From positions 128,032,001 to 128,096,000 of the forward strand of contig NC_058368.1 in the NCBI RefSeq assembly GCF_018350175.1: a stretch of 64,000 nucleotides of DNA, read 5' to 3'. Source of the DNA: Felis catus (lineage: Eukaryota). A program made the translations under genes and the position numbers. Positions 1 through 12,749 of the stretch are shown here, in pieces; position 1 is the stretch's first letter; each line of letters starts with the position of its first letter. The notes beneath the pieces were generated by a model that did no database searches, was not told the origin of the DNA, and saw only the letters and a list, made by a program, of their open reading frames with translations.

Positions 1-430
1 TGGCAGGGAAACACCTTTAACATCTACTGCCTTACTGGAAATCAAAACACTAAAATAACGATTTGGCTCATCCTCCCTGCTCTTTTCCTTTGCTCCTTCT
101 CACCCGAGGCAACAATGACCACATGCTCTGTGTAAGTTCTAACTCACTGCACCTCCAACTGCTAAGCCCGTTTCCGTAAGTGAGAGAAGTAATGTTGCAA
201 GAGCAGATTCTAAATGCAGGCAAAGAACAAACGACAAGAAGAGTAATACCTCCAGCGTCGTCTCCACTAGCACTGGGAGACACGTTAACGTGAGCCCCAC
301 AAAACAGCTGAAACAGAATTTAGCAACATCTGGGAAGCTACCTGGCCAAACTGCTCTTGGAAGAAAATTCTTCATGGTGTTTCCACTGCTTCAACATACA
401 GAGCACAGGATGCCTTGTGAATCCATTTAC

Positions 431-442
431 TGTGACGTCACA
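431..442. promoter_or_regulatory. Full palindromic CRE (TGACGTCA) inside a 12-bp palindrome TGTGACGTCACA
   Basis: Exact CREB/ATF consensus at 433-440 in non-repeat sequence; function not shown. Confidence 0.4.
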
Positions 443-1563
443 CAACTCACACCAGTTTTGCTGTCTTGTCTCCTGATGAACGACCCCCACCCTCCTGGAA
501 GCATCCCTACTTGCTTCCTACTATCACACCATCAGGCAGCAAATCTTGACAAAGCCTATGACCAGAGTAGTGCTGTGAAAAGCACTCTGAAAGGAAAAGG
601 AAATGCCTCCAAGTCCTTGGCTTTGGAAGGCAAAAATGAACAAAATTAACAACCTAGGTGCTACCACATGTGAAAAATAATAAACTAAAAAACCTGGGGT
701 GTTCTCAAAGGGAAACAAAGAGATAAATGCAGGAAAGACTCCCCAGAGGAGAACAGATATGAGTTTAATTTTTTAAAGGTGAGACTTACATTGAGAAGGA
801 TGGATAAAACATGGGGAAATTTTCAGAAGTGGCAACGCACTAAAGATAAGCCCCACAAAATAAGACCGAGGATCTAAAAGATATTCAGATTCCCCCCAAG
901 CTCAGATCTTCATGAAAACAACCAAAGGGTAATCAAGGATAGATTTCTCCAAGTATGAGAGAGGCCAAATTCTCCAGAGATGGTTCTGTCCTCATCTGCC
1001 TGAGACAATTCTGTGTGCTAATTTGACCTCAGTACAAAACAATAAGATGGTACCTAAGCTAAAGAAATCACAAAAACGCTGGAATGAATGTTCTTCAAGC
1101 CACCCCCATCCTCTCTCATTTATGGGCACCAGCTTGCTCCATGAACAAATTAAAATTGGAGAAGAGAGCCCAGGCAAAATGAAATTCAGAGAGACAGGCA
1201 CTAAATTCCTTTCAACTTCATTAGGCAAATGGAACAAGATGCCTCAGAAGGTGGAAAGTAAAGCTGGTTGCCAAATCAGCAACATTAAGCAAAGTCTGTA
1301 TCAACAAAAGCACATCAATCTGACACTGACTTTAAACTAGGGATGTGGGTTATGTCTTCAGGATCCATTCTTCCCGTTACTGGGATACCTGTGAGGTTGG
1401 AGGAACTTGGAAAAGTTAGCAGGGAACTGGGCACTTGGCTCACACCCCTACTCCGTCCTGCATCATGGAACTTGATAGACTGTTTAAACTCGATAGCTGG
1501 AGAGAGAGAACATATACTGTGTTCCTGACCTAGAAAGGGGCCTTCAAATGCACTCACTCTTTT

Positions 1564-1787
1564 TTTTTTTTAATTTTTTTTCAACGTTTTTTTATTTATT
1601 TTTGGGACAGAGAGAGACAGAGCATGAACAGGGGAGGGGCAGAGAGAGAGGGAGACACAGAATCGGAAACAGGCTCCAGGCTCCGAGCCATCAGCCCAGA
1701 GCCTGACGCGGGGCTCGAACTCACGGACCGCGAGATAGTGACCTGGCTAAAGGCAGACGCTTAACCGACTGCGCCACCCAGGCGCCC
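1564..1787 (-). mobile_element. Young felid CanSINE (SINEC_Fc-type)
   Basis: Near-consensus GGGGCGCCTGGGTGGCGCAGTCGG head, (CT)n body and A tail; TSD ctcactctttt at 1553-1563 and 1788-1798. Confidence 0.95.
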
Positions 1788-2801
1788 CTCACTCTTTTAT
1801 TCAACAATTATTTATCAAGTACATGCTCAGGGCCAGGCATCACTATGCTAGACACCACGGGTCTAGTGATGACAATTACAGACAGGTTCCCTGTTCTGTG
1901 TAGTTCACAGAGAAGAGGACAAATAGCTGGAAAGTGGAAACACAACCTGATACATTCCAAGAATGAAAATAACAGGCACAGTGCATTCTGGTATTCTGAT
2001 CACCTCTCCTTCCCTCCAATGGTGAGGGTGAGGCTTCCACCCTCGGGATACGGGGAGCACTGAACACATAACACCCAATACTGAATACCTGAGACCCACA
2101 ACAGTTCTCTAGGCACATTTGCTCATAGCCCAGCGCCGGCCACTGCTTGCCACACAAGGCCACACGGGGGTTCACTCAGGAACAGAGAGAACAAGCAGAG
2201 GCTATGGGAGACAGGTTTTGTAGTAACAATCATGACAATAGGATGATGATGCCACAAGAAGATGGGACTGGCATGTTTGAAAAACTCCATAAGCTGGCAG
2301 GGAACTAAAGCCCACCACTCAAGGTGAAGCCGACTTTGTGCTCGGTTCATGTGATAAGAAAACTCGTTTGGCCAGAGTGCCTTATCCACAGGAGCACAAT
2401 AGGACAGGGAACTTGCGTTTAGGGCCAGTTTTACCACAGGCCAAGGCAGGACATAATAGTGAACTTTATCACACAGATGCACATAAGACAGTCCAAGGTC
2501 CAACCCTGGGATTACTAATGTTCCCTGGGAAAGCCTCCCTGTTTTCTTCCACTCCTCCTTCCCTGACACGGCAACCCGGCCCAGGCAAATGATGGGTCTC
2601 AGGAGCCACCCTATGAGACCTATGTCTCAGGTCCAATGCTAACACACTGCTCCTCACCAAATGCCATACTTGTTCTGGGACACCATGCCACCTTTCCAAG
2701 CTGAGTGCTGGGATGGCAGAGGAGGGTAAGGGGCTTGCTGAAGCAGCTTCTCTGACAAGTGCATTCACTTCAAGTTAGTAAAGACACAAAGCCCCACTCA
2801 C

Positions 2802-3035
2802 GTCAGTGAACATCACGAAGGCACAGAAGTTCAGAGAATGCTGGTCTCTCCTGAGAGAGCCGACAGCTTGGCACAAGCAGCTGCACACAGACACAGGAGG
2901 ACGGGTGCTTTGCCTAACCAGGCTTGCTGAGAAGTAGCAGAAGGCAGGAAGTGGGGCGCTACATGCGACAGGAAGAACAGGCAGATGTTTCAAGGGTTGA
3001 GCCGACTGTTGACGCTCCAACTGGAGCAGACGCTC
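2802..3035 (-). other. Candidate exon (internal or alternative first) of an unidentified minus-strand gene
   Basis: Donor GAC|GTGAGT at 2802/2801; long T-rich AG-free tract (about 3042-3100) before aag|gcag acceptors; 234 nt, open in one frame; CpG retention and ETS motif. Confidence 0.3.
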
Positions 3036-3422
3036 CTGCCTTGAACACAATGTTAACATCAGTAAACGGAAGGGAGAAAGACAAAAAAAAAAAAAAAAAA
3101 ACTATTTAGAGACATTAACATCTCTTGCAAACAGTGCAGTTTGCTTCCCCACAGCAGGCTAATGGAAAACCCCGTGAAAGCAGTTTCAAGAGACACAGAA
3201 AGTGGAATCAGACTACTTTTTCTTAAGATTTGTTAAGGAAGGAAATCCTAAAGTTCAAAAGTCTAGAAATCTCAAGGTTCTGTCGAAGAAAAAGGTCAGC
3301 CTCCAGATAGCCTCTGTATTTCTAATTTGTTCCCCTTTCTTACTCTGCACCCCACAACGTGGGCAGATTCCGAGGCTGCTGCACATTCACCCTCGGGCAG
3401 CCTGTGTGGGGAGGATACTCAC

Positions 3423-3438
3423 GGGGGGGGGGGGGGGG
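3423..3438 (+). repeat. Poly-G run (G16)
   Basis: 16 consecutive G. Confidence 0.9.
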
Positions 3439-4219
3439 AGCTTGTGGGAAGGGCGAGAGCCCCAGCTGCCTCCAGGTTTCTATTGCTGAACTATGACAGC
3501 ATCCACACGATGTGCCAGCTACCCGCATCAGGCCTCCCTCTCTTACCCTGGCCCAGTCTTATACATACACAACCTAACTCAATAAACTTAAAACTTCATT
3601 TCTAAGAGGGTAGAACGAAGGGCTCTGAAAGTCACACCTATCCGTCTTCTTAGGATTCTCGGTGAAGCGGAAATACAAAGTCACCAGACGCATTTGATCT
3701 TGTATTCCGTGCCTACCCAAAAACCATCCCTCTGTTCTTCTGTGCTGCCAGCCAAATGATAATGTCCTGACCCTTTTCCTTTAGAGGCCACCAAGAGGAC
3801 TGAAGAAAAGCCTATAGTATTATCAGGACCCCTTTGGTTTCTGCCCAGACTACCCAGGGGCTGCTTCATTCTTCCTGCATCTCCTACCACCAGAAAGTTT
3901 GTATTGAAATGACAGCTGAAGAACATCACTCAACTAGGCGACAGAATGAAGCAGTTGGCAAAAAATAATTAACTGATTATATTAATTAACAATTACGTAT
4001 TAACTAATTAATGTAATTATACACATTTTAATTATAATAACATCAGGAATTTGCTTGGGGGAAAGGCCTGGGAAAAATAAATCTAAGAGTATATTAACAG
4101 AGAGAAGAAAGGAAACCTTTATCAAGGCCCATTATCCTACCAGGCAGCTACCAGGTAGCAGTGGACAGGATAGGACTATTGGGTGTATGCATGCACATGT
4201 GTATGCTTATGCCTTTCTG

Positions 4220-4445
4220 TTTTTTTTTTCTTTGCTTTTTTTAATGCTTATTTATTTTTGAGAGAGAGAGAGAGAGAGGCAGAGAAAGAGGGAGACAGAG
4301 GATCCGAAGTGGACTCTCTACAGAGTCCAATGTAGGACTCTACAGAGTCCTACAGAGCCCAGGGTAGGGCTCGAACTCACCACCCATGACATCATCACCT
4401 GAGCCAAAGTCAGATGTTTAACCAAGTAAGCCACCCAGGTGCCCC
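4220..4445 (-). mobile_element. Older CanSINE with internal duplication (ctacagagtcc units)
   Basis: Reverse CanSINE head ...gccacccaggtgcccc, AG repeat, T tail. Confidence 0.85.
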
Positions 4446-4463
4446 TTTATTTCCTAACTTGTA

Positions 4464-4667
4464 TTTTTTTTAAGTTTATTTATTTATTTTGAGAGGGGGA
4501 GAGAGCAGGGGAAGGGCAGAGAGAGAAGGACACAGAGAATCCCAAGCAGGCTTCACTCTGTCCGCACAGAGCCCAATGTGGGGCTCGATTTCACAAAACT
4601 GTGAGATCATGACCTAAGCCCAGATCAAAAGTCAGCTGTTCAACCCACTGAGCCACCCAGGCACCCC
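4464..4667 (-). mobile_element. CanSINE
   Basis: Reverse CanSINE consensus motifs (gagatcatgacct, gagccacccaggcacccc). Confidence 0.9.
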
Positions 4668-4779
4668 TTAATGAGACTACAGTACATAAATAAAAATATT
4701 TCAAATATACATACACATAAAAGAAAATTAGGACACTCCAAAACAATATGCCACCATATGGGCTACTTATTCTACAGGA

Positions 4780-4935
4780 AAAAGAACTTGAGCTGGAAGC
4801 AGATACACTCAGCTTAGCCTCTTAGCTGCGTGCCCTGGGACAGAACATTTACCCTTTGAGCCTTAGTTTCCCCATGAATAAAATAAGGATAGCACCAGGT
4901 ACACTACAGCATTTCCCCAGCAGTAAATGTTACAA
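4780..4935 (+). mobile_element. MIR fragment
   Basis: MIR core-like ...tgagccttagtttcccatgaataaaataaggata... Confidence 0.6.
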
Positions 4936-6029
4936 TAACTGTGAAAGTACCTTTCCCAGTCCTGGTACTCGGAAGTACTAAAAAATGTTTATGTTCTCTT
5001 ACCTTTTATACCACTGCTTTGTTCAATGCAGGGATTCCAACCTCTATTTTGATTCAAGGCTCTCTGCAGAGATTAGATTGTAGAGGGCTTAACAACTTGC
5101 AAAAAATTATCAGACAGCTGTTTCTAGATCTATGTTTGCAGATTTATTGCACCAAAGAAAATACTCCTCCTTTATCTACAAAATCTGCTGTCTGTGGCAA
5201 GATTTATCAGGGCCCTTCAGGGCTTTCTGACAAAGTAAGGGCATCTCTCCCTTCATTCCCAGTTGAAAGGCAGGCTCTACTGAATGTGTTGCTCGTACTG
5301 GTAGTGTTTTCTCCTCACTGCCTAGCTGAAGGTTTTGTGAAGACAGAATTGCCCAAAGCCAGGGAAAGAGAGGTTTTTCTAGCCTTGTACTTTGCCGACC
5401 ATTCAGGCACCAGGCAGGGCACTACTATGGCATCCACCACAATGAATGACCCAAGCGCAGAGGTCGTGTCCTGCCCTGCCATCATTAACATGCTCAAGCT
5501 CACATAAAGGAAACTGCCAGATAAGAGAAGAAAACAAATATTGTCAAAGCAAAAGCCTATCACCGTGCACACAATAAAATCATAAAGTATGGCCGGGAGG
5601 GCAGGAATAAGAAAGTAAAAGGTATCTAAAAGGTCTGTTCCCAGACATACATTATATATGCTTACTTCTAGGAGTCATCAATGACTCAGAAGCTATTCCC
5701 CTTGGTGTAATAAAACCTTGTCTCACAGGGAGGAGGAGCAGGGGAGCCACTCCCTTGAACAGCAGCAACCACAACCACCCTGAAGTCTCTCCACAGATGT
5801 AAAGGAGAACTTCTTCAAGTATGGTCTGGTGCCTCACAGCCTTCCAGAGCATCCATAAGAAGCATATAACTGGAAGAATATTTGTAATGCGATCCCAAGT
5901 CTCTGGAGAACTCAGTTTCAGGGCAAATGCTAAAAACCCAAGATCTAGTCTGGACTCTTCCTACAATTCCCCTATGGGAGAATTGGCCAATCTTTACCCT
6001 GCATTTTCTCCTCAATGAGAAAATTGTAC

Positions 6030-6190
6030 TTTAAAATTTTTCTTAATCTGTGATCTAAAATCCCGCCAAAATTATATGACAAAATTTTTGTCTGTGGTCA
6101 GATGTTCATTTTTCTGATAAAAGTTCCTTATCATTAATCAGATCCTCAATGAGGTCTATGGTCCAAAAATATATTAAAAACAACTAAACT
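6030..6190. mobile_element. Degenerate hAT-Charlie-type MITE fragment
   Basis: atcagatcctcaatgaggtctatggtccaaaaa...aaaaacaact resembles MER-type Charlie termini. Confidence 0.4.
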
Positions 6191-7028
6191 AAATAATTCC
6201 TAAGTTCCCTTCCACATCCTGACTGTTAGAGAAAGTTTTTCTGATTATAAAAACATTATAGAAAATGTGAAAAATGTGGCCAAAAAGGAAAACATCTATA
6301 TAAACAAAGGTTTTTTTGTATTTCATATTTATGATGGTATATTCAATATTATGCTCTGCTACATTTCACACACATTAAATATTCTTCAAAACCAACACCT
6401 CTAATGGTCAAATAAATTTCACCATAAGGTTTAAATTATGTTTTGTTTAATGAGCCCCCTGTTGTTGAACATTTATGTTGTTTCTAATGTGTTGCCATTA
6501 TCAACAATGCAACATTTTCCAATGAACAGTCTCCAAATTTTTATTATATTTTTGAAGGTAATAGGGAGCTATAGCAGATTTTGATCACAAAAATAGCACA
6601 ACTGCTATTTGTCTTATGACAGTGGAGGAAATGAAATATAGTAGGAGAGACCAAAGGATTGGTGATTAGGTAAAAGGTTATTATCTGAGAAACTGAATGA
6701 AGTGAGGCTAGACACAGGGTCCAGAAGTAAAACACATGCCAAAAGGAAATTACCATGAGTCAGTAGCTCAGAGACAGAGGAGAGAGACCAAGATGAAGCT
6801 GAGATTTCTCATTTTCATGACTTGAAGATCAAATATACCACAACCAAGAGAAGGAAGTAAGGCTGAGAAGCTGGTCTGGAGATGGGAAAATAAGCAGTCT
6901 CATCTCCGAAATCACTGCAAAAATAATAACCACAGATGTGATTATTGAGATAGTTTTTTAATTGTAACAAAAGGGCAAAAAAAAAAAAACGACTGTAATT
7001 TAGGACTCTAACTTATAACATAAACAGG

Positions 7029-7232
7029 GGGGCGCCTGGGTGGCTCGGTCGGTTAAGCGTCCGACTTCGGCTCAGGTCATGATCTCACGGTCCGTGAGTT
7101 CGAGCCCCACGTCGGGCTCTGTGCTGACAGCTCAGAGCCTGGAGCCTGTTTCAGATTCTGTGTCTCCCTCTCTCTCTGCCCCTCCCCTGTTCATGCTCTC
7201 TCTCTCAAAAATAAATAAATGTTAAAAAAAAT
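7029..7232 (+). mobile_element. Felid CanSINE
   Basis: Consensus head and A tail; 16-bp TSD ttataacataaacagg at 7013-7028 and 7233-7248. Confidence 0.95.
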
Positions 7233-7772
7233 TTATAACATAAACAGGAAGGCAGGGCCAAGAGAACTCACTGGCATATCATCTCTTAGTTTACACATGT
7301 TGAAAGGTATTAGTAATAAACATCAAGTATAGAAGCTGGACAGTATGCTTCATTCAGACCAGAATAATGTTTCATAATCATGACTATATAACCCAGATTA
7401 TTTTTAAAGCTCATACTACATTTTTTATCGTTATGTCTATTCTTATAACTTACTTTTCCTTATTATGGGTCATTTTAATCAATTTTATTTCAGATAAACA
7501 AGTTAAGTGCCAGGGGAAAACAGAAGACAGAAGTCAACGTCACTAACATGCAAAACGTTTCTACATGTCATGGGCCCAGAGCGTTATTTCCCGAAGAAGG
7601 TCACCTAGGATTCTAATTCAGTGAAGATTTCTTTTAATCTTTCTAATGACAGAGTAAAGCCATTGGAAATAACAAGTAGAGAGTCTCTCAATGGGGCCTC
7701 CACTTAACCATGCAGTCCTTACATGCAACTCCAAAACAGTAACTCTGGACTTTGACTTAAAATGTCATCTTT

Positions 7773-7909
7773 GGGGTGACTGGGTGGCTCAGTTGGCTGA
7801 GGATCCAACTCTTGATTTTGGCTTGGGTCATGATTCCAGGGTTGTGGGATCAAGTCCCACATCCATCCACTGGGCTCTGTGCTGAGCATGGAGCCTGCTT
7901 AAGATTCTC

Positions 7910-7961
<52 letters not shown>

Positions 7962-8015
7962 CCCCCCTCTTCCCTACTAGCATTCCCACTGTCTCTCTAA
8001 AAATAAACAAATTAC
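7773..8015 (+). mobile_element. Older CanSINE with expanded (CT)n
   Basis: ggggtgactgggtggctcag head, (CT)n about 7913-7958, flanking tgtcatctt repeat. Confidence 0.9.
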
Positions 8016-8063
8016 TGTCATCTTCTACTTATTTACCATGCAAATATTTCTACATCATTCTTC

Positions 8064-8238
8064 TTTTTTTAATGTTTATTTATTTTTGACAGAGAGTGCA
8101 CATGCACAAGTGGGGAAGTGGCAGAGAACAGATCCAAAGTGGACTCTGTGCTGACAGTAGAGAGCCTGATGCAGGGCTGGAACTCAAGAACTGAAGCTGA
8201 AGTCAGATGCTTAATCAACTGAGCCATCCAGGCTCCCC
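8064..8238 (-). mobile_element. CanSINE (diverged)
   Basis: Reverse CanSINE motifs. Confidence 0.85.
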
Positions 8239-10534
8239 TCTCCATTTACTGCTTTCAGGATACCAAAGAGAATCAGTGCTGTGCACAGTGACCAGTTGGC
8301 AGGGAGGCTACTGATGTTATTTCTACTTTATTATGAGGTTGCTAATTTTTTTTATAGCTATCCTCCATAATGTGATCAACCTATTCAGTGAAGGCATTTT
8401 TCACATGCCAGGCACTGATACCAACTAGGTGCTGATGGTATTAAGTTGAAGAAAGTGCAGATCAAGCTCAGAGAAATGTAATTGATCATATTCTTTACCT
8501 GCAACCGGGAATTAAAGAAACAAAGAAGCTAACCAGTTTCTTCTGACCTCTAATCTTCCAATTTCATTTTCTGATTTTCTTTTCACAGTCCCATACTGGG
8601 TAAGAGGAAGATTAACTACTTAATGAGAGTCAGAGAGGCATAATCCCCACAAAACAGAAAATCCCTATCAAGTAATTTTGAAAGCCAGAGAAAATGTCAG
8701 GAGAATGTTCTAATAACCCCAGGACTTGCCTGTGCTAACCTGGTTTTCAGATAAGACAGTGGGAAATACAGTACAAAGAGTTTGATGTATCATTTCAAAC
8801 AAAGCATGGCACTTAAATGGCTTCAAATTGAGTTATAGGCTACACTAGACCATCCTTTTACATACAAAGTGAAAGGAACGTGAAATAATTTGAGAGAGTG
8901 CCACACGGTATGAAGAATGGCAAAGCATTTCAAAACTATGACCTATGCCCTAATTGTAGGAGAAAATAAAACTTGAGGTGAACTCTGAAAAAAATCATTT
9001 ACATAAACAGAGATGTAGAAGGAAGAAATGGATTGGAGGGCGAATCCCAGGTCTAAGTGTGTAACGAAAAGTCCGGAAGAATAACCGCATCTAGTTCCCA
9101 AATCAGGGAGCAAGAGCCTGGGGAAAAACACCCCAGGGGATCTCAGTGTGCCAGGCTCCCCCTATAAGACAAGCAGTGACATTAATTTGTACTGCGATAT
9201 GGCCTAGAGAGGGACCATCAACCCTCCACATGGAAGTCACCACCAAAACTGTGCTCTGCAGATTCGCTAAAGACTATCTGAGAAAACAGACATCAGAAGA
9301 AGCAGTGAAAGCCAGATGGCCGCTGGGGCACAGAATTCTAATGAAATACTGAATGACAGAAGGCCCTGGGGATGCTAGGCCCAAGTGTCTCACCAATCCA
9401 TATACTTACTCATTCACTGTATATTCACTAAACTTGGCATTATGTTACAAAATTTCTTTAAGCAAATACATGTACAGGAAATGGACTATAATCTTTTTAA
9501 ACCTGGCATTTCCTTCAAAGTTTGCAATTACAGCTCCCTGGAAAAGGAGATGCCACAGATCTGTAGATCTTTTACAATGGCATAGGTTCATCACTCACTA
9601 AAGTAAAGTGTTGGCTCTGTAACCTGAAGGACTTTTATTCTCCTCTGCCCTAATACTAAGTAAGTGTATACCGGGCAATGTACCACAAACAACCCAAGAA
9701 CCAGTAAACAAACAACAACAACAACAAAAAGGTGAGAATTCAGAATACAGAATTTTGTCAGTGAAACCAGAATCTCCATCTGGTTCTGGAAGAAAATGGA
9801 ACATAAAAAAAAAAAAGAATAAATAACTGCTGTAAGCATATAAATAACACAGTTGCTAACTAAGGTCCTTTTTAGAATTATGATACCGTGGAAGAAGAAA
9901 ATATGCCATTCAACCTACCCAGACTCTTCCTCCCCTTACTTTAGGACATGTTCTCAAATATTCCTCTCTAATAAGATGACAACTGTGATGAACAGAGAAG
10001 CCATTCCATATAATGTGATTTGTGTATTTCTAACAGTTCCAAATACCTGGAAACTGCTCTCTCACTGATTTGCCATGGTAAGCTCCTTTCTTCTGAAAAG
10101 GAAATTACTGGAAATTTTGTTTATTAATTATTATTAAAGATAGACTGTAATGAACACACTGGGCTTGAATCTAAGGACACAGTGAAGAAGACAGTCCCTG
10201 CACTTAAGAAACTGTTGAGGAAGATAAACAGGAGGGAAATGAAGTTCGGTGTGATCACTACAACAGTGAGCATAATAAAAGGGTATGTAAGGCCTTCAGA
10301 ATGCTGGGGTCAAGGAAGGCATCTGTTCACACACAGTACCTTACCAAAAAGGAGAGTGAGGATTAGGTGCATGGGAGAATAGAAAGACACTAAGTAGAGG
10401 CATCGCCCACCCAAAGGCTTACAGAGAAAATGCAGATGGAAAATGCATTGATCAAGATGGAAAGAATTCCAGGAAAGGTGAGCAAAGCACTGAAGGCTTA
10501 ATGACTTTTACTTGGTTGTTTTTATTTGTATTTA

Positions 10535-10723
10535 TTTTTTTAGTATTTATTTTTGAGAGTGAGAGCGCAAGAGGGGGAGGGCCAAAGTGGGGGGACAGAG
10601 GATCTCAAGAGGGCTCTGTGCTGACAGCAGCAAAGCCAGACATGGGGCTCGAACTCATGCACTGCAAGATCACAACCTAAGTTGAAGTCAGAGGCTCAAC
10701 CGACTGAGCCACCCAGGTGACCC
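10535..10723 (-). mobile_element. CanSINE
   Basis: Reverse CanSINE motifs ending gagccacccaggtgaccc. Confidence 0.85.
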
Positions 10724-10724
10724 T

Positions 10725-10960
10725 TCTTATTTATTTCTAAACTGAAATATAGTTGACATATTAGTTTCAGGTGAACACTGTAGTGATTTAGTGATTATAT
10801 ACATCACAAAATGCTCATCATGATAAGGGTAATCATCATCTGTCACCATACAAAGTTCCTACAATATTATTGACTATACTACTTATGCTGTACTTTCTAT
10901 TCTTGTGACTTATTTTAAAACTGGAAGTTTGTACATCTTAATCCTATTAATTATTTTTAA
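10725..10960 (-). mobile_element. L1 3'-end fragment (carnivore L1)
   Basis: tatagttgacatattagtttcaggtg...catctgtcaccatacaaag...tattgactata typical of L1_Carn 3' UTR. Confidence 0.7.
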
Positions 10961-11899
10961 GTCACATATTAAGGAATTTAGACTTAATTCTGAGAGCAAT
11001 GGAGAATCACAGAAGCATTTTAAACACGAGAAATGACAAGAATAAACATTCTAGATGCCACATGGAAAATAGGCAGCCTGAAGGCAGACAGGTAAGTCAG
11101 GGCACTGCAGTTGAAGATATCATGGCCACCTGAACCAGAGTAGTGGCTATCATTATGGGGAAAAGTGGATGAATTCAAGACTGAAAGAATCCACAGATTC
11201 TAAGTTCCATTTGGAGTAGAATAACACACAAGAGTAAAACATGAGTCCCACATTACTTATCACTGAGATAGAGAATACAGGAAGAGAGACAGATATGGTG
11301 GAGAAAATGAGCTCTATTTGGAGCACAATGAGTTTGAGGCAACTTGGATAAATCTAAGGAAAGATGTCCAGTAAATGAGTGCTCACAGAGAGAGATCTGA
11401 CCTGAGCATGTGGAGTTCAAATTGTCAGAACATGGATGTTTCTTGGTAACACTGAAGCAGATAAGCACACCCAGTCAGAATGTTTAAAAGGAGAAGAGAA
11501 TTCTCTAAACATATTGGTCTTAGGGCATTGTATCAAGATCCATGTTACCTTAAAGGGAAGAGACCTAACTCTCTTCCAATATGCTGGAATGATTACTCTA
11601 TCCCACTAGCCAATTATTAGCTGGCAATGAAGAGGAAAACCATGAAAGATGGTGGGTCAGGCAGATGATGGTGGAGGGGAGTAGGGGAGAAGAATAAGAG
11701 GAACATAGATATCAGTATATTCATTATTTGTTCTGGGAATAGGGATGAAACCATCACAACTGGGATTCTTAGGCAACTGAAAAGCAACTTACAGTCAGTG
11801 ACCATTACTTTAAAGAGAATAAGGAGTAAGTGCTATTCCATGACTCCACAATGTCAAGGGCAAATAACCTTGGAAAGATCATGTAAGTTTCATGGGCTA

Positions 11900-12366
11900 T
11901 TGGCAGTTCTCATCTTAAAACCTTGGGAAGTTTTTATAAGTGCAAATGTCTAGATGTCCTGTAGAACCTTGTTATCCAACTTGTAGTGAACTACCATCAT
12001 CATTAGGGTCCTATGGGAGTTTGTTAATAATCATCTCAGGCACCATACCAGACCATGAACCCAAATATGTATTTATGTAAGATTCTCCAGGAGATTTATA
12101 TGCACATTAAATTTTGACACACACTGACTCACAATTACTTGAAGTGCTTCTTAAAACACAGACTGCTAAGTCAGGAGTGAGGCTTGTAAATTTGCATTTC
12201 TAACAAGTTTCCAATTGCTGTTGCTACTGCAGGTCTGAGACCATATTTTGAGAACTTCTGCCACAGACCAATTAAATCAGAATCTCCCTACGTGGAATCC
12301 AGGCATCAGTATATTTTAAAGCTCTCTAAATGATTCTAAATTTGCAGCCAATGTTGAGAACTACTG
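11900..12366. mobile_element. Cluster of about three MER5-type hAT MITEs
   Basis: Three MER5-like 3' ends (ttttgacacacactg about 12125, ttttgagaacttctg about 12260, gttgagaactactg about 12366); tttgcatttctaacaagtttcc and aatcagaatct motifs. Confidence 0.65.
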
Positions 12367-12749
12367 GTAAAGTTATTTTTTCTTCTCCTAATTACATAAA
12401 TAAGAAAACATGAGTAGCAACTATCTTCTAAGCAGTGGCTTAAATTCATTACTAAAGTGTTCTCTAATGTAAGATTAAATTTGATTAATCAAAGCAGGAA
12501 GAAAAATACAGCTTCATCCTTAGTGATTCATTTCCAGAGACATGTTTGGTTGTGGTTGGAAAAAAAGGTCACCATGAGTAATTGTTATCTTAGTCATCAC
12601 AGACACCATCAACTCAAGTTATTAACTTCATTTACTGGTGATTCTTATTTAATTGGGTATTGGCACTTTGAAGGTCACAATATTCTTTAATAAATTTTAT
12701 TTTTTAACATAAGCAATACTAAGTTGTTCTCCAATCAGCCTGCAAAAAC

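Larger units (their letters stand above)
10120..11500 (+). mobile_element. L2 remnant interrupted by a CanSINE and an L1 3' fragment
   Basis: L2-like phrases (acagtccctgcacttaag..., gaatttagacttaattctgagagcaatggagaatcac..., gagtttgagg...) either side of 10535-10960. Confidence 0.6.

Noticed and set aside
3960..4042. AT-rich stretch with many TAATTA motifs
   Set aside because: Low-complexity sequence; such motifs are expected by composition
4941..5507. 188-aa plus-strand ORF
   Set aside because: GTG start, no recognisable domain, no convincing splice signals; likely chance
5666..5902. Minus-strand exon candidate with a GTAAGC donor
   Set aside because: Acceptor tract is short (gagttctccag) and there is no recognisable product
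7040..7225. Recurrent ORFs like [23 protein letters not shown]...
   Set aside because: Translations of CanSINE consensus sequence repeated throughout the window
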